From positions 7,778 through 71,777 of the forward strand of contig CAXTZG010000002.1 of the NCBI GenBank assembly GCA_964248625.1: DNA of 64,000 nt, read 5' to 3'. Shown here piece by piece: positions 1 through 8,944 of the stretch (the stretch's first letter is position 1; every line of letters starts with the position of its first letter). Position numbers and translations under genes: made by a program. This stretch comes from an uncultured Acetobacteraceae bacterium (GTDB lineage: Bacteria > Pseudomonadota > Alphaproteobacteria > Acetobacterales > Acetobacteraceae). The notes beneath the pieces are model-generated. The model saw only the letters and a program-made list of their open reading frames with translations. It was not told the DNA's origin and made no database searches.

Positions 1-161
1 AGCGCCGACCACCAGGCTTCCGGGTCCTGCTCGGCGCGGGCGCCGGGAGCGAACTGCGTCGCATAGGGCGCTGCGGCCGACGCGATCCGGCGGCCCGCCA
101 GGTCGAACACCGTCGCGCGCACGCTTTCCGTCCCGCCATCAACGCCGATCACATAGGCCAT
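1..161 (-). CDS. FGGY-family carbohydrate (pentulose/ribulokinase-like) kinase, 5' part; runs off the left edge
   Basis: Not in the ORF track. The minus strand from ATG at 161 reads MAYVIGVDGGTESVRATVFDLAGRRIASAAAPYATQFAPGARAEQDPEAWWSA. This has the FGGY N-terminal GxDxGT motif and the EQDPxxWW motif, and it is divergent from the SorC-type regulator. Confidence 0.9.
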   Translation of the reverse strand, partial: MAYVIGVDGGTESVRATVFDLAGRRIASAAAPYATQFAPGARAEQDPEAWWSA

Positions 162-288
162 GCAGCCGTATCCACACCCTTGCCCACCTGCTTGCCGGAT
201 TCTGCACATCTGACGCGGTGGGCGACATTTGCTCTTGAGCGCACAGTCGTCGTTTGGCGCGACGGAAGTCAATGGCTATTCTTCGTCG

Positions 289-1311
289 ATGGCGAAGCCC
301 CGGACGATGACCCTGAGCCTCGCGCACGAGCCCGATGCCGACATCATGGTCAGGGCGGCCTGGCTGTATCATGTGGGCGGGATGACGCAGGAGGAGGTGG
401 GGCGGCGGCTCGGGCTGCACCGCACCCGGGTCGTACGGCTGCTCAGCGAGGCGCGCGAACGCGGCCTGGTCAGCGTCACCATCAATCACGAGACCATTCG
501 CGACCTTGCCGTCGAGGACTGCATCGTGCGCCGCTACGGGCTCGATTTCTGCCTCGCCACGCCTGCGATGGACTTCGAGGATGCAGCCGGCGAGCCCAGG
601 CTGGTCGCCGCCCAGGAGATGATCGCCCGGCGCGCGGTCGGAGGTGCGGCGGCCAACTTCCTGAAGGGCAAGCTCGCCGGCGGCGCCCCGGTGACGGTCG
701 GCGTGAGCTGGGGCCGCACCCTGGAGCAGATGACGCTGCAGCTGTCCGGCGTACAGAACCCGCAGGCGCGTTTCGTTTCGCTGATGGGCTCGCTCACCCG
801 CAACTCGGCGTCCAACCCGTTCGAGGTGGTGCAGGCGCTGGCCGCGCGCACCGGCGGTGAGGCGCATTTCCTGCCGGTGCCGTTCATTGCCGACTCCGAA
901 GCCGACCGCATCGTCTTGATGTCGCAGCGCACCGTCGCCCAGGCGCTGGAGCTGGCGCGGTCGGCCGACTTCTACCTGATCAGCGTCGGCGAACTTCGCG
1001 ATACCGCGTTCCTGCGTCAGCATGGAATGCTGTCTGCGAGCGAACTGCGAAGCGTGCGGTCGCAAGGAGCGGTCGCCGACTCTCTCGGGCGGCTGTTCGC
1101 AGAAGACGGGACAGAGGTTGATCACGAGCTTGTCCGTCGCACCCTGGCGGTCGGGTTCGAGCAGCTGCGCGGCCGGGACGTGGTGCTGGCGGCCGGCGGG
1201 CTGGGCAAGGTGCCGGCCATCCGGGCACTGCTGCGGGCCGGCGTGGTGAAGGGCCTCGTCATCGACGGCGACAGCGCATCCGCACTGGCGGCACAACCGG
1301 AAAACGATTGA
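289..1311 (+). CDS. SorC/DeoR-type sugar-binding transcriptional regulator (LsrR/EryD-like)
   Basis: N-terminal HTH 'AAWLYHVGGMTQEEVGRRLGLHRTRVVRLLSEARERGLV', followed by a sugar-binding domain (GVSWGRTL; AAGGLGKVPAIRALL; LVID). Start moved to ATG 289. Confidence 0.9.
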   Translation: MAKPRTMTLSLAHEPDADIMVRAAWLYHVGGMTQEEVGRRLGLHRTRVVRLLSEARERGLVSVTINHETIRDLAVEDCIVRRYGLDFCLATPAMDFEDAAGEPRLVAAQEMIARRAVGGAAANFLKGKLAGGAPVTVGVSWGRTLEQMTLQLSGVQNPQARFVSLMGSLTRNSASNPFEVVQALAARTGGEAHFLPVPFIADSEADRIVLMSQRTVAQALELARSADFYLISVGELRDTAFLRQHGMLSASELRSVRSQGAVADSLGRLFAEDGTEVDHELVRRTLAVGFEQLRGRDVVLAAGGLGKVPAIRALLRAGVVKGLVIDGDSASALAAQPEND

Positions 1312-1476
1312 CGAGGACTGCAACGTCCAGACCCTGATGACCGGTGACTGCTTGCGTCCCAGGCGTTACAGCCGGCCGGCGACGTCGGCTCGAACTGCAA
1401 GGCAGCCCCACATCCATGGCGGTCGCCTCCTGCTGAAGCTCCAACATCGAGCTGACGACTTGCTGCCTGGCCTTGA

Positions 1477-1551
1477 TCTAGTTTTTCTACTTTCTCGTCG
1501 CCATGAAGCTTGACAGGCCCCCCAACTGACGCATTATGTAGAAAAACTACG
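1477..1551 (+). promoter_or_regulatory. Sigma70-type promoter flanked by two HexR/RpiR-like operator sites
   Basis: TTGACA at 1510-1515 and a -10-like CATTAT at 1532-1537. TAGTTTTTCTAC (1479-1490) and GTAGAAAAACTA (1538-1549) form a perfect 12-bp inverted pair. The downstream site TGTAGAAAAACTACG fits TGTA-N7-TACA. Confidence 0.7.
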
Positions 1552-1560
1552 GGGGAAACC

Positions 1561-2643
1561 ATGTCGGATCAGGAAAAGCGGCTGTCGCGTCGGCATGTGC
1601 TCAAGGCAGGCGCCGTCGTGGGCGCGGGTCTAGCACTCAGGCCGGCACGAGCCGCCGCGAAACCGCTCCTCGTCTACAGCAACAAGAGCCTCGACTACTA
1701 TTTCTTCGTCGTGCAGCAGGAGGCGGTGCGACGTGCCGCCGAAGCGCAGGGCTGGGACTTCGCAGCCGTCAACGCCAACTTCGACAACACGGTGCAGCTG
1801 CAGCAATGGGCCAGCCTGCTGCTGCGCGGCCCGGCGGTGATGGTCAGCGACCCGATCGACAGCCAGGCGATCGTCAGCGCGATCCGGCGCTTCAATTTCA
1901 AGAACATCCCGATCGGCATCGTCGACACGCCCGCCACCGGCGGCGACGTCGCGATCACCGTCGACTTCGACAACCATCAGGGCGGCGTCATGGCCGCCCA
2001 GCAGATCGTCGATCGCCTGAAGGCCAAGAACGGCTCGCCGAAAGGCAAGGTGCTCAACTGCTACGGCGCGCTGCAGAGCGTGGCATGGCGTCTGCGCAAG
2101 GAGGGTTTCGACGCCGAGATGGCGAAGTATCCCAACGTCACGGTCCTGGACCGGCCGACGGAAGGGCTGCTCAACAACATGCTCAGCGTCACCATCTCGA
2201 CGCTGTCGGAGCATCCGGACCTGGATGCGGTACATGCGCCGAGCGACACCCCGTCGCGCGGCATCGTGACCGCGCTGCAGCAGCACGGACGCTGGAAGAA
2301 GCGCGACGAGCAGGGCCACGTGATCTTTGTCAACGTCGATGGCGAGCCGATCGCGCTGCAATGGATCGAGCAGGGCTACATGGATGCCGAGATCTCGCAG
2401 GATCCGATCGCGTATGCGCAGATCACTGTCGACATGATCGCGAAATATGCCATGCACGGACAGAAGGTTCCGCTCGGGCCCTATGAGAACAAGGACTACT
2501 TCTGGGAGAAGGGCGAGATCGCGAGCTCCGCGTCGGGACCGTCGCTGGTGATCCCGCCCTCGATCGTCGACCCGTCCAACGTCAAGGACCCCAGGCTGTG
2601 GGGCAACGTCTCCTACAACAAGTGGGGCATGCACTATTCCTGA
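1561..2643 (+). CDS. Sugar/polyol ABC transporter substrate-binding protein (RbsB-like fold), Tat-exported
   Basis: Twin-arginine signal SRRHVLK plus a hydrophobic stretch and ARA-AA cleavage region. Peripla_BP-like motifs (DPIDSQAI, DN..GG..AA). RBS GGGGGA precedes ATG 1561. Confidence 0.9.
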   Translation: MSDQEKRLSRRHVLKAGAVVGAGLALRPARAAAKPLLVYSNKSLDYYFFVVQQEAVRRAAEAQGWDFAAVNANFDNTVQLQQWASLLLRGPAVMVSDPIDSQAIVSAIRRFNFKNIPIGIVDTPATGGDVAITVDFDNHQGGVMAAQQIVDRLKAKNGSPKGKVLNCYGALQSVAWRLRKEGFDAEMAKYPNVTVLDRPTEGLLNNMLSVTISTLSEHPDLDAVHAPSDTPSRGIVTALQQHGRWKKRDEQGHVIFVNVDGEPIALQWIEQGYMDAEISQDPIAYAQITVDMIAKYAMHGQKVPLGPYENKDYFWEKGEIASSASGPSLVIPPSIVDPSNVKDPRLWGNVSYNKWGMHYS

Positions 2644-2655
2644 CATGCTGGAGGG

Positions 2656-4224
2656 ATGACGATGCTGGCGCCGTCTTCGGATCGTGACGCGGCCGAGCCC
2701 GCCTTGGGCGAGGTGATCCTGCGTCTCGAGGGGCTGACCAAGGCCTACGGCGCCTTCACCGCGCTGGACGCCGTGACGCTCGAGGTGCGGCGCGGCACGA
2801 TCCACGGGCTGCTGGGAGAGAACGGGGCCGGCAAGTCGACGCTGGTCGGCCTGATCGCCGGCCTGCGGAGCCCGACCCGCGGCCGGATCGTGCTCGACGG
2901 ACGCGTGGTGAACGGCTTCGACGTCAAGGCGATGGAACAGGCGGGCGTGTTCCTGGTCACGCAGGAGCCGATGATCGTGGGCCAGCTCAGCGTCGCGGAG
3001 AACCTGCTGCTCGGCCACTGGCCGGCCCGCGGCGGCTTCGTCGACTGGACGCGGCTGCGGGCGCAGGCGCGGCGCATGCTGGAAGGCGAGCGGATCGATC
3101 CGGCGGCGCTGGCCGAGGAGCTGACCGCGGTCGACCGGCGCAAGCTCAACATCCTGCGCGCTTTGTTCAGCGGCGGCCGCCTGATCATCCTGGACGAGCC
3201 GACCACCACGCTGACGATGAGCGACCGTGCCGTGCTGTTCGACTTCATGCGCGAGCTCAAGGGACGCGGCATCACCTTCATCTTCATCTCGCACTACAAC
3301 GAGGAGATCCTCGACATCTGCGACGCGGTGACCGTGCTGCGCGACGGCTCGCTCGCCGGCGGCAGCGACGACCTGTCGGAGATGAGCTCCGAGCGGCTGT
3401 CGGAGCTGGTGCTCGGCCGGGGCCTGCAGCTGTTCCGGCGCGACCGCGATCCGGACGGACGCGACAGCGCCGGAAACAGCCTGCATGTCACCGACGTCAC
3501 CGCACCCAACGTGCGCGTGCAGTCCTTCTCGATCGCCTGCGGCGAGGTGGTGGGCTTCGCCGGCCTGCTGGGCTCGGGCGCCAAAGAGTTCGCCCAGACC
3601 CTGTTCGGCCTCAACCCGGCCACCGCAGGGCGGCTGCATGTCGCGGCCGGCAGCGGCGACGAGAGGCTGCCCGGCAGTCCGGCGGACGCGCTGGCGCGCG
3701 GCATCGCCTACCTTTCCGACGACCGGCGCCGGGACGGCGTGGTCGGGCTGCTGAGCATCGCCGGCAACATCTCGCTCTCGAGCCTGGGCGCCCTGTCGCG
3801 GTTCGGCTTCATCCGCCGCCACGCCGAGCGTTCCATGGTCGGGCGCTACTTCCGCGAACTGGGCGTCAAGGCGCCGGGTGCGGACGTGGCGGTCGACACG
3901 CTGAGCGGCGGCAACCAGCAGAAGGTGTGCCTGGCCCGCCTGCTGGCAACCGGACCGCGGATCCTCATCCTCGACGAGCCGACGCGCGGCATCGATGTCG
4001 GCGTCAAGGAGGACGTGCACCGCACGGTCGACGCGCTGACCGGGCACGGCCTCAGCGTCATCGTCGTCACCACCGACCTCGACGAGATGTCGCGGATCGC
4101 CGACCGCGTCTGCGTGTTCTCCGACGGCGCGATCGTCGAGACGCTGCACGGCGACGACATCACCACCGAGCGTCTGCGCCGGGCTGCGTTCAGCTCTCCC
4201 GGCGCGCAGGATGGACGCGCATGA
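2656..4224 (+). CDS. Sugar ABC transporter ATP-binding protein (tandem ATPase, RbsA/MglA type)
   Basis: Walker A GENGAGKST, ILDEPT in both halves, signature LSGGNQQK, DEPTRGIDVG. Confidence 0.95.
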   Translation: MTMLAPSSDRDAAEPALGEVILRLEGLTKAYGAFTALDAVTLEVRRGTIHGLLGENGAGKSTLVGLIAGLRSPTRGRIVLDGRVVNGFDVKAMEQAGVFLVTQEPMIVGQLSVAENLLLGHWPARGGFVDWTRLRAQARRMLEGERIDPAALAEELTAVDRRKLNILRALFSGGRLIILDEPTTTLTMSDRAVLFDFMRELKGRGITFIFISHYNEEILDICDAVTVLRDGSLAGGSDDLSEMSSERLSELVLGRGLQLFRRDRDPDGRDSAGNSLHVTDVTAPNVRVQSFSIACGEVVGFAGLLGSGAKEFAQTLFGLNPATAGRLHVAAGSGDERLPGSPADALARGIAYLSDDRRRDGVVGLLSIAGNISLSSLGALSRFGFIRRHAERSMVGRYFRELGVKAPGADVAVDTLSGGNQQKVCLARLLATGPRILILDEPTRGIDVGVKEDVHRTVDALTGHGLSVIVVTTDLDEMSRIADRVCVFSDGAIVETLHGDDITTERLRRAAFSSPGAQDGRA

Positions 4225-5285
4225 ACCGGACGCGCGCCCAACCCGCCCGCTCCATCCAGCAAGGCACGACCATGTCCCAGCCCATCTCGGTCCCGCGCGG
4301 CGCGGTCGGCACCGCGACGCAGATGCCGCCACGGCGGCGCCAGGACGGTCTGCGCTGGGTGCTGCAGAACGTCGTGTGGTTCTGGCTGATCGGGCTGGTG
4401 GTGATCTTCGGCCTGCTGAACAGCTTCTTCTTCAGCGTGGCCAACCTGCAGAACATCCTGATCCAGGCGACCGTGCTGGGCATGCTGGCGCTTGCCGTGT
4501 CGCTGCCGCTGCTGATCGCCGAGATCGACCTCTCGATCGCGAGCAACCTTGGCTTCTCCTCCGTTGTCGGCGCCACGCTGATCAGCAGCGGTCACCTGCC
4601 CTGGTGGCTCGGCATGCTGGCGGGCGTCGGCATCGGCACGCTGATCGGCTTCTTCAACGGCGTCTGCATCACCCTGCTGCGCATGGTCTCACTGATCGAG
4701 ACGCTGGCCATGATGATCATCCTGCAGGGCGCGCTGCTGGCGATCACGCACGGCAACACCATCACCGACCTGCCGGCCGGCTTCTTCTGGATCGGGCAGA
4801 CCACCGTGTTCGGCTGGCCGCTGCTGCCGGTGATCTTCGTGCTGGCGCTGGCCGGCATGATGACGTTCCTGCGCCTGACGGTGCCCGGCCGCAGCGTCTA
4901 TGCGGTCGGCGGCAATCCGCTGGCCGCCGCGAGTGCCGGCATCCGGGTGCGCCGGATCAAGATCCTCGCCTTCACCGCCTCGGGCTTCCTGTCCTCGATC
5001 GCCGGCTACCTGCTCGCCTCGTGGCAGATGGCGATCACCTCCAACCAGGGCTCGGGCTTCCTGCTCTATGCGATCGCAGCCCCGATCATCGGCGGGGTCA
5101 GCGTGTTCGGCGGCCGCGGGCACGTGCTCGGCATCCTGGGCGGCGTGCTGCTGCTGACGGTGATCCATGTCGGGCTGTCGATCGTCAACGTGCCGTCGTT
5201 CTATGTCGACATGATCGGCGGATTCGCGATCTTCATCGCGGTCGCGACGGACGCTCTGCGCGTTCGCATGTCGTCGACGCGCTGA
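4221..5285 (+). CDS. Sugar ABC transporter permease (RbsC type)
   Basis: Multiple TM helices, 'EIDLSI', 'GRSVYAVGGNPLAAASAGI', 'IIGGVSVFGGRG'. ATGA overlap with the ATPase stop; alternative start at 4272. Confidence 0.93.
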   Translation: MNRTRAQPARSIQQGTTMSQPISVPRGAVGTATQMPPRRRQDGLRWVLQNVVWFWLIGLVVIFGLLNSFFFSVANLQNILIQATVLGMLALAVSLPLLIAEIDLSIASNLGFSSVVGATLISSGHLPWWLGMLAGVGIGTLIGFFNGVCITLLRMVSLIETLAMMIILQGALLAITHGNTITDLPAGFFWIGQTTVFGWPLLPVIFVLALAGMMTFLRLTVPGRSVYAVGGNPLAAASAGIRVRRIKILAFTASGFLSSIAGYLLASWQMAITSNQGSGFLLYAIAAPIIGGVSVFGGRGHVLGILGGVLLLTVIHVGLSIVNVPSFYVDMIGGFAIFIAVATDALRVRMSSTR

Positions 5286-5306
5286 TCAATCGCCTGGAGA
5301 GCATTC

Positions 5307-6476
5307 ATGGATCCGTCCCACATCCTGCCATCCGACCATGCGACCGCGACGCTGGTCGGGCGCCTGTTCGACCCGCGCCTCGGCGGCCCGTGCCTGGTGC
5401 AGCTGCGCGGCGACCGTCTGGTGGACGTGACCGCGGCCGGCCCGACCATGACCGATCTGCTGGAGCAGGAGGATCCGGTCGCCGCCCTTCGCCGGATTCC
5501 GGACGATGCCGGCTATCCGCTCGAGGCGGTGATCGGAGACAGCCTGGCGCGCCGCACGGACCGGCCGCATCTGCTGGCGCCGTGCGACCTGCAGGCGGTG
5601 AAGGCCTGCGGCGTGACGTTCGCCCGCTCGATGCTCGAGCGCGTGATCGAGGAGCGCGCGAAGGGCGACCCCGCCCGGGCGCTGGCGATCCGCGCGCAGG
5701 TGGACCAGGCGGTCGGCGGCGCGCTCGCCAGCGTGCAGGCCGGATCGCCCGAGGCCGCACAGGTGAAGCAGGTGCTGATCGAGAGCGGCTACTGGTCGCA
5801 GTATCTGGAGGTCGGCATCGGCCCGGACGCGGAGGTGTTCACCAAGACCCCGGTGCTGTCCTCGGTCGGGATCGGCGCCGAGGTCGGCGTGCTGCGCTCC
5901 TCCAGCTGGAACAACCCCGAGCCCGAGGTCGTGCTGGCGGCGAACAGCCGTGGCGTGGTGCAGGGGGCAGCACTCGGCAACGACGTCAACCTGCGCGACA
6001 TCGAGGGGCGCAGTGCGCTGCTGCTCGGTAAGGCCAAGGACAACAACGCCTCCTGCGCGATCGGGCCGTTCATCCGGCTGTTCGACGACGGCTTCGGCAT
6101 CGACCAGGTGCGTCGCCTCGAGATCTCGCTGACCATCACCGGCGCCGACGACGGCTACGTCCTCGAGGGCGCCAGCTCGATGAGCGAGATCAGCCGGGAC
6201 CCGCTCAACCTGGTGGAACAGGCGATGGGGCGCCACCACCAATATCCGGACGGCATGATGCTGTTCCTGGGCACGCTGTTCGCGCCGACCCAGGACCGCG
6301 ACGTGCCGGGCCAGGGCTTCACCCACAAGCCGGGCGACCGCGTCGAGATCATGGCCCCGAGCCTGGGCCGGCTGGTCAACACGGTGGCCTTCGCCGACGA
6401 GGCGCCGGCCTGGACGTTCGGCATCGCCGCCCTGATGCGCAACCTGGCCGGGCGCGGCCTGCTCGGCGCCCGATGA
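5307..6476 (+). CDS. Fumarylacetoacetate-hydrolase-family protein, XylX-like (2-keto-3-deoxy-pentonate dehydratase type)
   Basis: 'PCDLQAVKACGVTFARSMLERVIEER', 'EVGIGPDAEVFTK', 'WNNPEPE', 'LGNDVNLRDIEGRSALLLGKAKDNNASC', 'HQYPDG..LFLGT', characteristic of the XylX-like FAH subfamily. Confidence 0.85.
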   Translation: MDPSHILPSDHATATLVGRLFDPRLGGPCLVQLRGDRLVDVTAAGPTMTDLLEQEDPVAALRRIPDDAGYPLEAVIGDSLARRTDRPHLLAPCDLQAVKACGVTFARSMLERVIEERAKGDPARALAIRAQVDQAVGGALASVQAGSPEAAQVKQVLIESGYWSQYLEVGIGPDAEVFTKTPVLSSVGIGAEVGVLRSSSWNNPEPEVVLAANSRGVVQGAALGNDVNLRDIEGRSALLLGKAKDNNASCAIGPFIRLFDDGFGIDQVRRLEISLTITGADDGYVLEGASSMSEISRDPLNLVEQAMGRHHQYPDGMMLFLGTLFAPTQDRDVPGQGFTHKPGDRVEIMAPSLGRLVNTVAFADEAPAWTFGIAALMRNLAGRGLLGAR

Positions 6477-7459
6477 GCGGCCTTCCGGCAGAGGCCGGCA
6501 CTCCGCCGCGGCGGGTCGTCGTCACCGACCTGCGGTTCGAGGGGCTGCTGCACGAGCGCGCGGTCGCGGACCGGCACGGTGCCTCGTTCCACGAGTTCGA
6601 CTGCCACGATGCGGCCTCGGTGGTGGAGGCGCTGCGGGATGCCGACGTCGCCTTCGTCAACCTGGTGCCGGTGACGGAAGCCGCCCTCGCCGCGATGCGG
6701 CCGGGAGCGCTCGTGGTCCGCTACGGCATCGGCTACGACAACGTCGACATGGCCGCGGCGCGGCGCCTCGGCGTCCGGGTCGCCAACGTTCCGGATTATG
6801 GCAGCGACACCGTCGCCGATCACGCGTCCGCATGCATGCTGGCGCTGCTGCGCCGGCTGCCGATCTTCGACGCGGCGATCCGGCGCGAGGGCTGGATCAA
6901 TCCCGACAGGGTCAGGCCGCTGCCCGCTTTGGCTGCGACCACCGTCGGACTGGTCGGCGTCGGCCGGATCGGCGCGCTGGTGGCGCGACGGCTGCAGGCG
7001 TTCGGGATCCGCATCCTGGCCAGCGATCCGTTCGCCGATCCCGCCCGGCTGCGCGAGGTCGGCATCGAGCCGGTGGCGCTGGAGACGCTGCTGGCGGAAG
7101 CCCACGGCCTCTCGCTGCACCTGCCGGCGACGGCCGAGACGCGACACATCATCGGCCGCCAGTCGATCGCCCAGATGCGACGCGGCGCGATGCTGGTGAA
7201 CACCGCGCGCGGCGCGCTGGTGGACGAGGCGGCGCTGGCGGACGCGCTGGCGGACGGACGCCTCGGGGGGGCGGCGCTGGACGTGTTCGATCCCGAGCCG
7301 CTCGACCCGGCCTCGCCGCTCCGCACGATGCCCAACGTGATCCTGACCCCGCACGCCGCCTTCTACTCGGTGGAAAGCCTGGATGCGCTGCAGCGCCTCG
7401 CCGCCGAGGAGGTCGGGCGCGCCCTGGCCGGCGAGCCGCTGCGCTCGCTGGTGCCATGA
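6473..7459 (+). CDS. D-isomer-specific 2-hydroxyacid dehydrogenase (CtBP/SerA-like)
   Basis: 'RYGIGYDNVD', 'VANVPDY', Rossmann GLVGVGRIG, 'LVNTARGALVDE', 'LDVFDPEP', 'TPHAAFYS'. Confidence 0.92.
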   Translation: MSGLPAEAGTPPRRVVVTDLRFEGLLHERAVADRHGASFHEFDCHDAASVVEALRDADVAFVNLVPVTEAALAAMRPGALVVRYGIGYDNVDMAAARRLGVRVANVPDYGSDTVADHASACMLALLRRLPIFDAAIRREGWINPDRVRPLPALAATTVGLVGVGRIGALVARRLQAFGIRILASDPFADPARLREVGIEPVALETLLAEAHGLSLHLPATAETRHIIGRQSIAQMRRGAMLVNTARGALVDEAALADALADGRLGGAALDVFDPEPLDPASPLRTMPNVILTPHAAFYSVESLDALQRLAAEEVGRALAGEPLRSLVP

Positions 7460-8937
7460 GCGCCGGGCCCGCCGATATTCCGGAGAGATCGATGACCGCC
7501 GACCAGACCCGCTCCTTCTTCATCGACGGCGTTTGGAGCGACGACGGCGCCGATGCCCGCTTCGACGTCGTCAATCCCGCGACCGGACGGACGCTGGCGC
7601 AGGTCGCCTCGGCCGGAGCGTCCGTCGTGGACCGCGCGGTCGGGGCGGCGCGGCAGGCCTTCCCGGCCTGGCGCGACCTCGGGCCGCACAAGCGCGCGGT
7701 GCTGCTGCGGGCGCTTGCCGTCGAGGTGGACCGGCGGCGCGACGCGATCGCGCGGGTGCTGACGGCCGAGCAGGGCAAGCCGCTGGACGAGGCGCGCGGC
7801 GAGGTCGCCAAGGTGGCCCGGACCTTCGAGTTCTACGCCGGCGAGGCGGTGCGGGTGCTGGGCCAGACCATCCCGAACGAGGAGACCGGCTTCCTGAGCC
7901 TGGTCGAGAAGGAGCCGATCGGGGTGGCGGCCGCGATCGCGCCCTGGAACTATCCCGTCGAGCTGATCGGCTGGAAGCTCGGCGGCGCGCTGGCGGCCGG
8001 CTGCACGCTCGTCGTCAAGCCGTCGGAATACACCCCGCTTTCCGCGATTGCGCTGATCGAGTGCGTGGAGGCGGCGGGCTTCCCGGCCGGCGTGGTCAAC
8101 CTGGTGCAGGGTGCCGGCGCCACCGGAGCGGCGCTGGTGTCGCATCCCGATATCGACAAGATCGCCTTCACCGGCTCGGTGTCGGTCGGCGAGGCGATCT
8201 TCCGCACCATGGGCGGCATCAAGTCGGTGTCGCTGGAGCTCGGCGGCAACTGCCCGATGGTGGTCGGCGCCAGCGCCGACGTCGAGGCGGCGGTGGCCGG
8301 CGCGGTGCGGCGCGGGTATCGCAACATGGGGCAGATCTGCATCGCGGTGAACCGCATCTACGTGCACCGCTCCCTTTACGACCGCTTCCTGTCCGGCCTC
8401 GCGGCGGGTGCCCGCCGGCTCAGCATCGGCGACGGGCTCGAGCGTCCGGACGCGGACCTGGGGCCGATGACCAACGCCGACGGCATCGCCAAGGTCGAGC
8501 GCCACGTCGCCGACGCGCGCGAGAAGGGCGCGCGCCTGCTGTGCGGCGGCGGGCGGCCGGAGGGCTTCGAGACCGGCCACTTCTTCGCGCCGACGGTATT
8601 CGCCGACTGCGCGCCCGACACCCTGCTGATGAGCGAGGAGACCTTCGGCCCGGTGCTGGGGGTGGCGCCGTTCGACACGCTGGACGAGGCCATCGCCCAG
8701 GCCAATGCCGGACCGTACGGGCTCGCGGCCTACGTCTATGCCCGCGACGTGGGCGAGATCTTCGCCCTGACGCGCGCGCTGTGCTTTGGCAGCATCGCGG
8801 TGAACAACGTCGATGCCGGCATCATGAACGCGCCCTATGGCGGCCGGAAGCGCAGCGGCATCGGCTACGAGCACGGGCGGGAGGGCATGGAAGGCTACCT
8901 CGCCTTGAAGCATGTCCGGCTGCGGCACGGAGCCTGA
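7456..8937 (+). CDS. NAD(P)-dependent aldehyde dehydrogenase (succinate-semialdehyde-dehydrogenase-like)
   Basis: 'IAPWNYP', 'KPSEYTP', 'FTGS', catalytic 'LELGG' and 'GQIC', 'EETFGPV'. Alternative start at 7492. Confidence 0.93.
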   Translation: MSAGPADIPERSMTADQTRSFFIDGVWSDDGADARFDVVNPATGRTLAQVASAGASVVDRAVGAARQAFPAWRDLGPHKRAVLLRALAVEVDRRRDAIARVLTAEQGKPLDEARGEVAKVARTFEFYAGEAVRVLGQTIPNEETGFLSLVEKEPIGVAAAIAPWNYPVELIGWKLGGALAAGCTLVVKPSEYTPLSAIALIECVEAAGFPAGVVNLVQGAGATGAALVSHPDIDKIAFTGSVSVGEAIFRTMGGIKSVSLELGGNCPMVVGASADVEAAVAGAVRRGYRNMGQICIAVNRIYVHRSLYDRFLSGLAAGARRLSIGDGLERPDADLGPMTNADGIAKVERHVADAREKGARLLCGGGRPEGFETGHFFAPTVFADCAPDTLLMSEETFGPVLGVAPFDTLDEAIAQANAGPYGLAAYVYARDVGEIFALTRALCFGSIAVNNVDAGIMNAPYGGRKRSGIGYEHGREGMEGYLALKHVRLRHGA

Positions 8938-8944
8938 CCGCAGC

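Noticed and set aside
200-245. ACATCTG / ACATTTG repeats between the divergent kinase and SorC genes as a SorC operator
   Set aside because: The position is plausible, but the matches are too short and degenerate to call without comparative data.
1312-1476. Possible IS remnant or small ORF (1259-1447, minus strand) after the SorC gene
   Set aside because: No transposase motif, terminal inverted repeat or target duplication. The nearby inverted repeat is better explained as operators.
1630-4332. Very long antisense or alternative-frame ORFs (for example 1630-4332, 7363-9906, 21778-24480, 26554-28944, 40349-42946, 60601-62901)
   Set aside because: They shadow well-supported genes, are Arg/Gly/Ala-rich without motifs, and are expected where high GC makes stop codons scarce.
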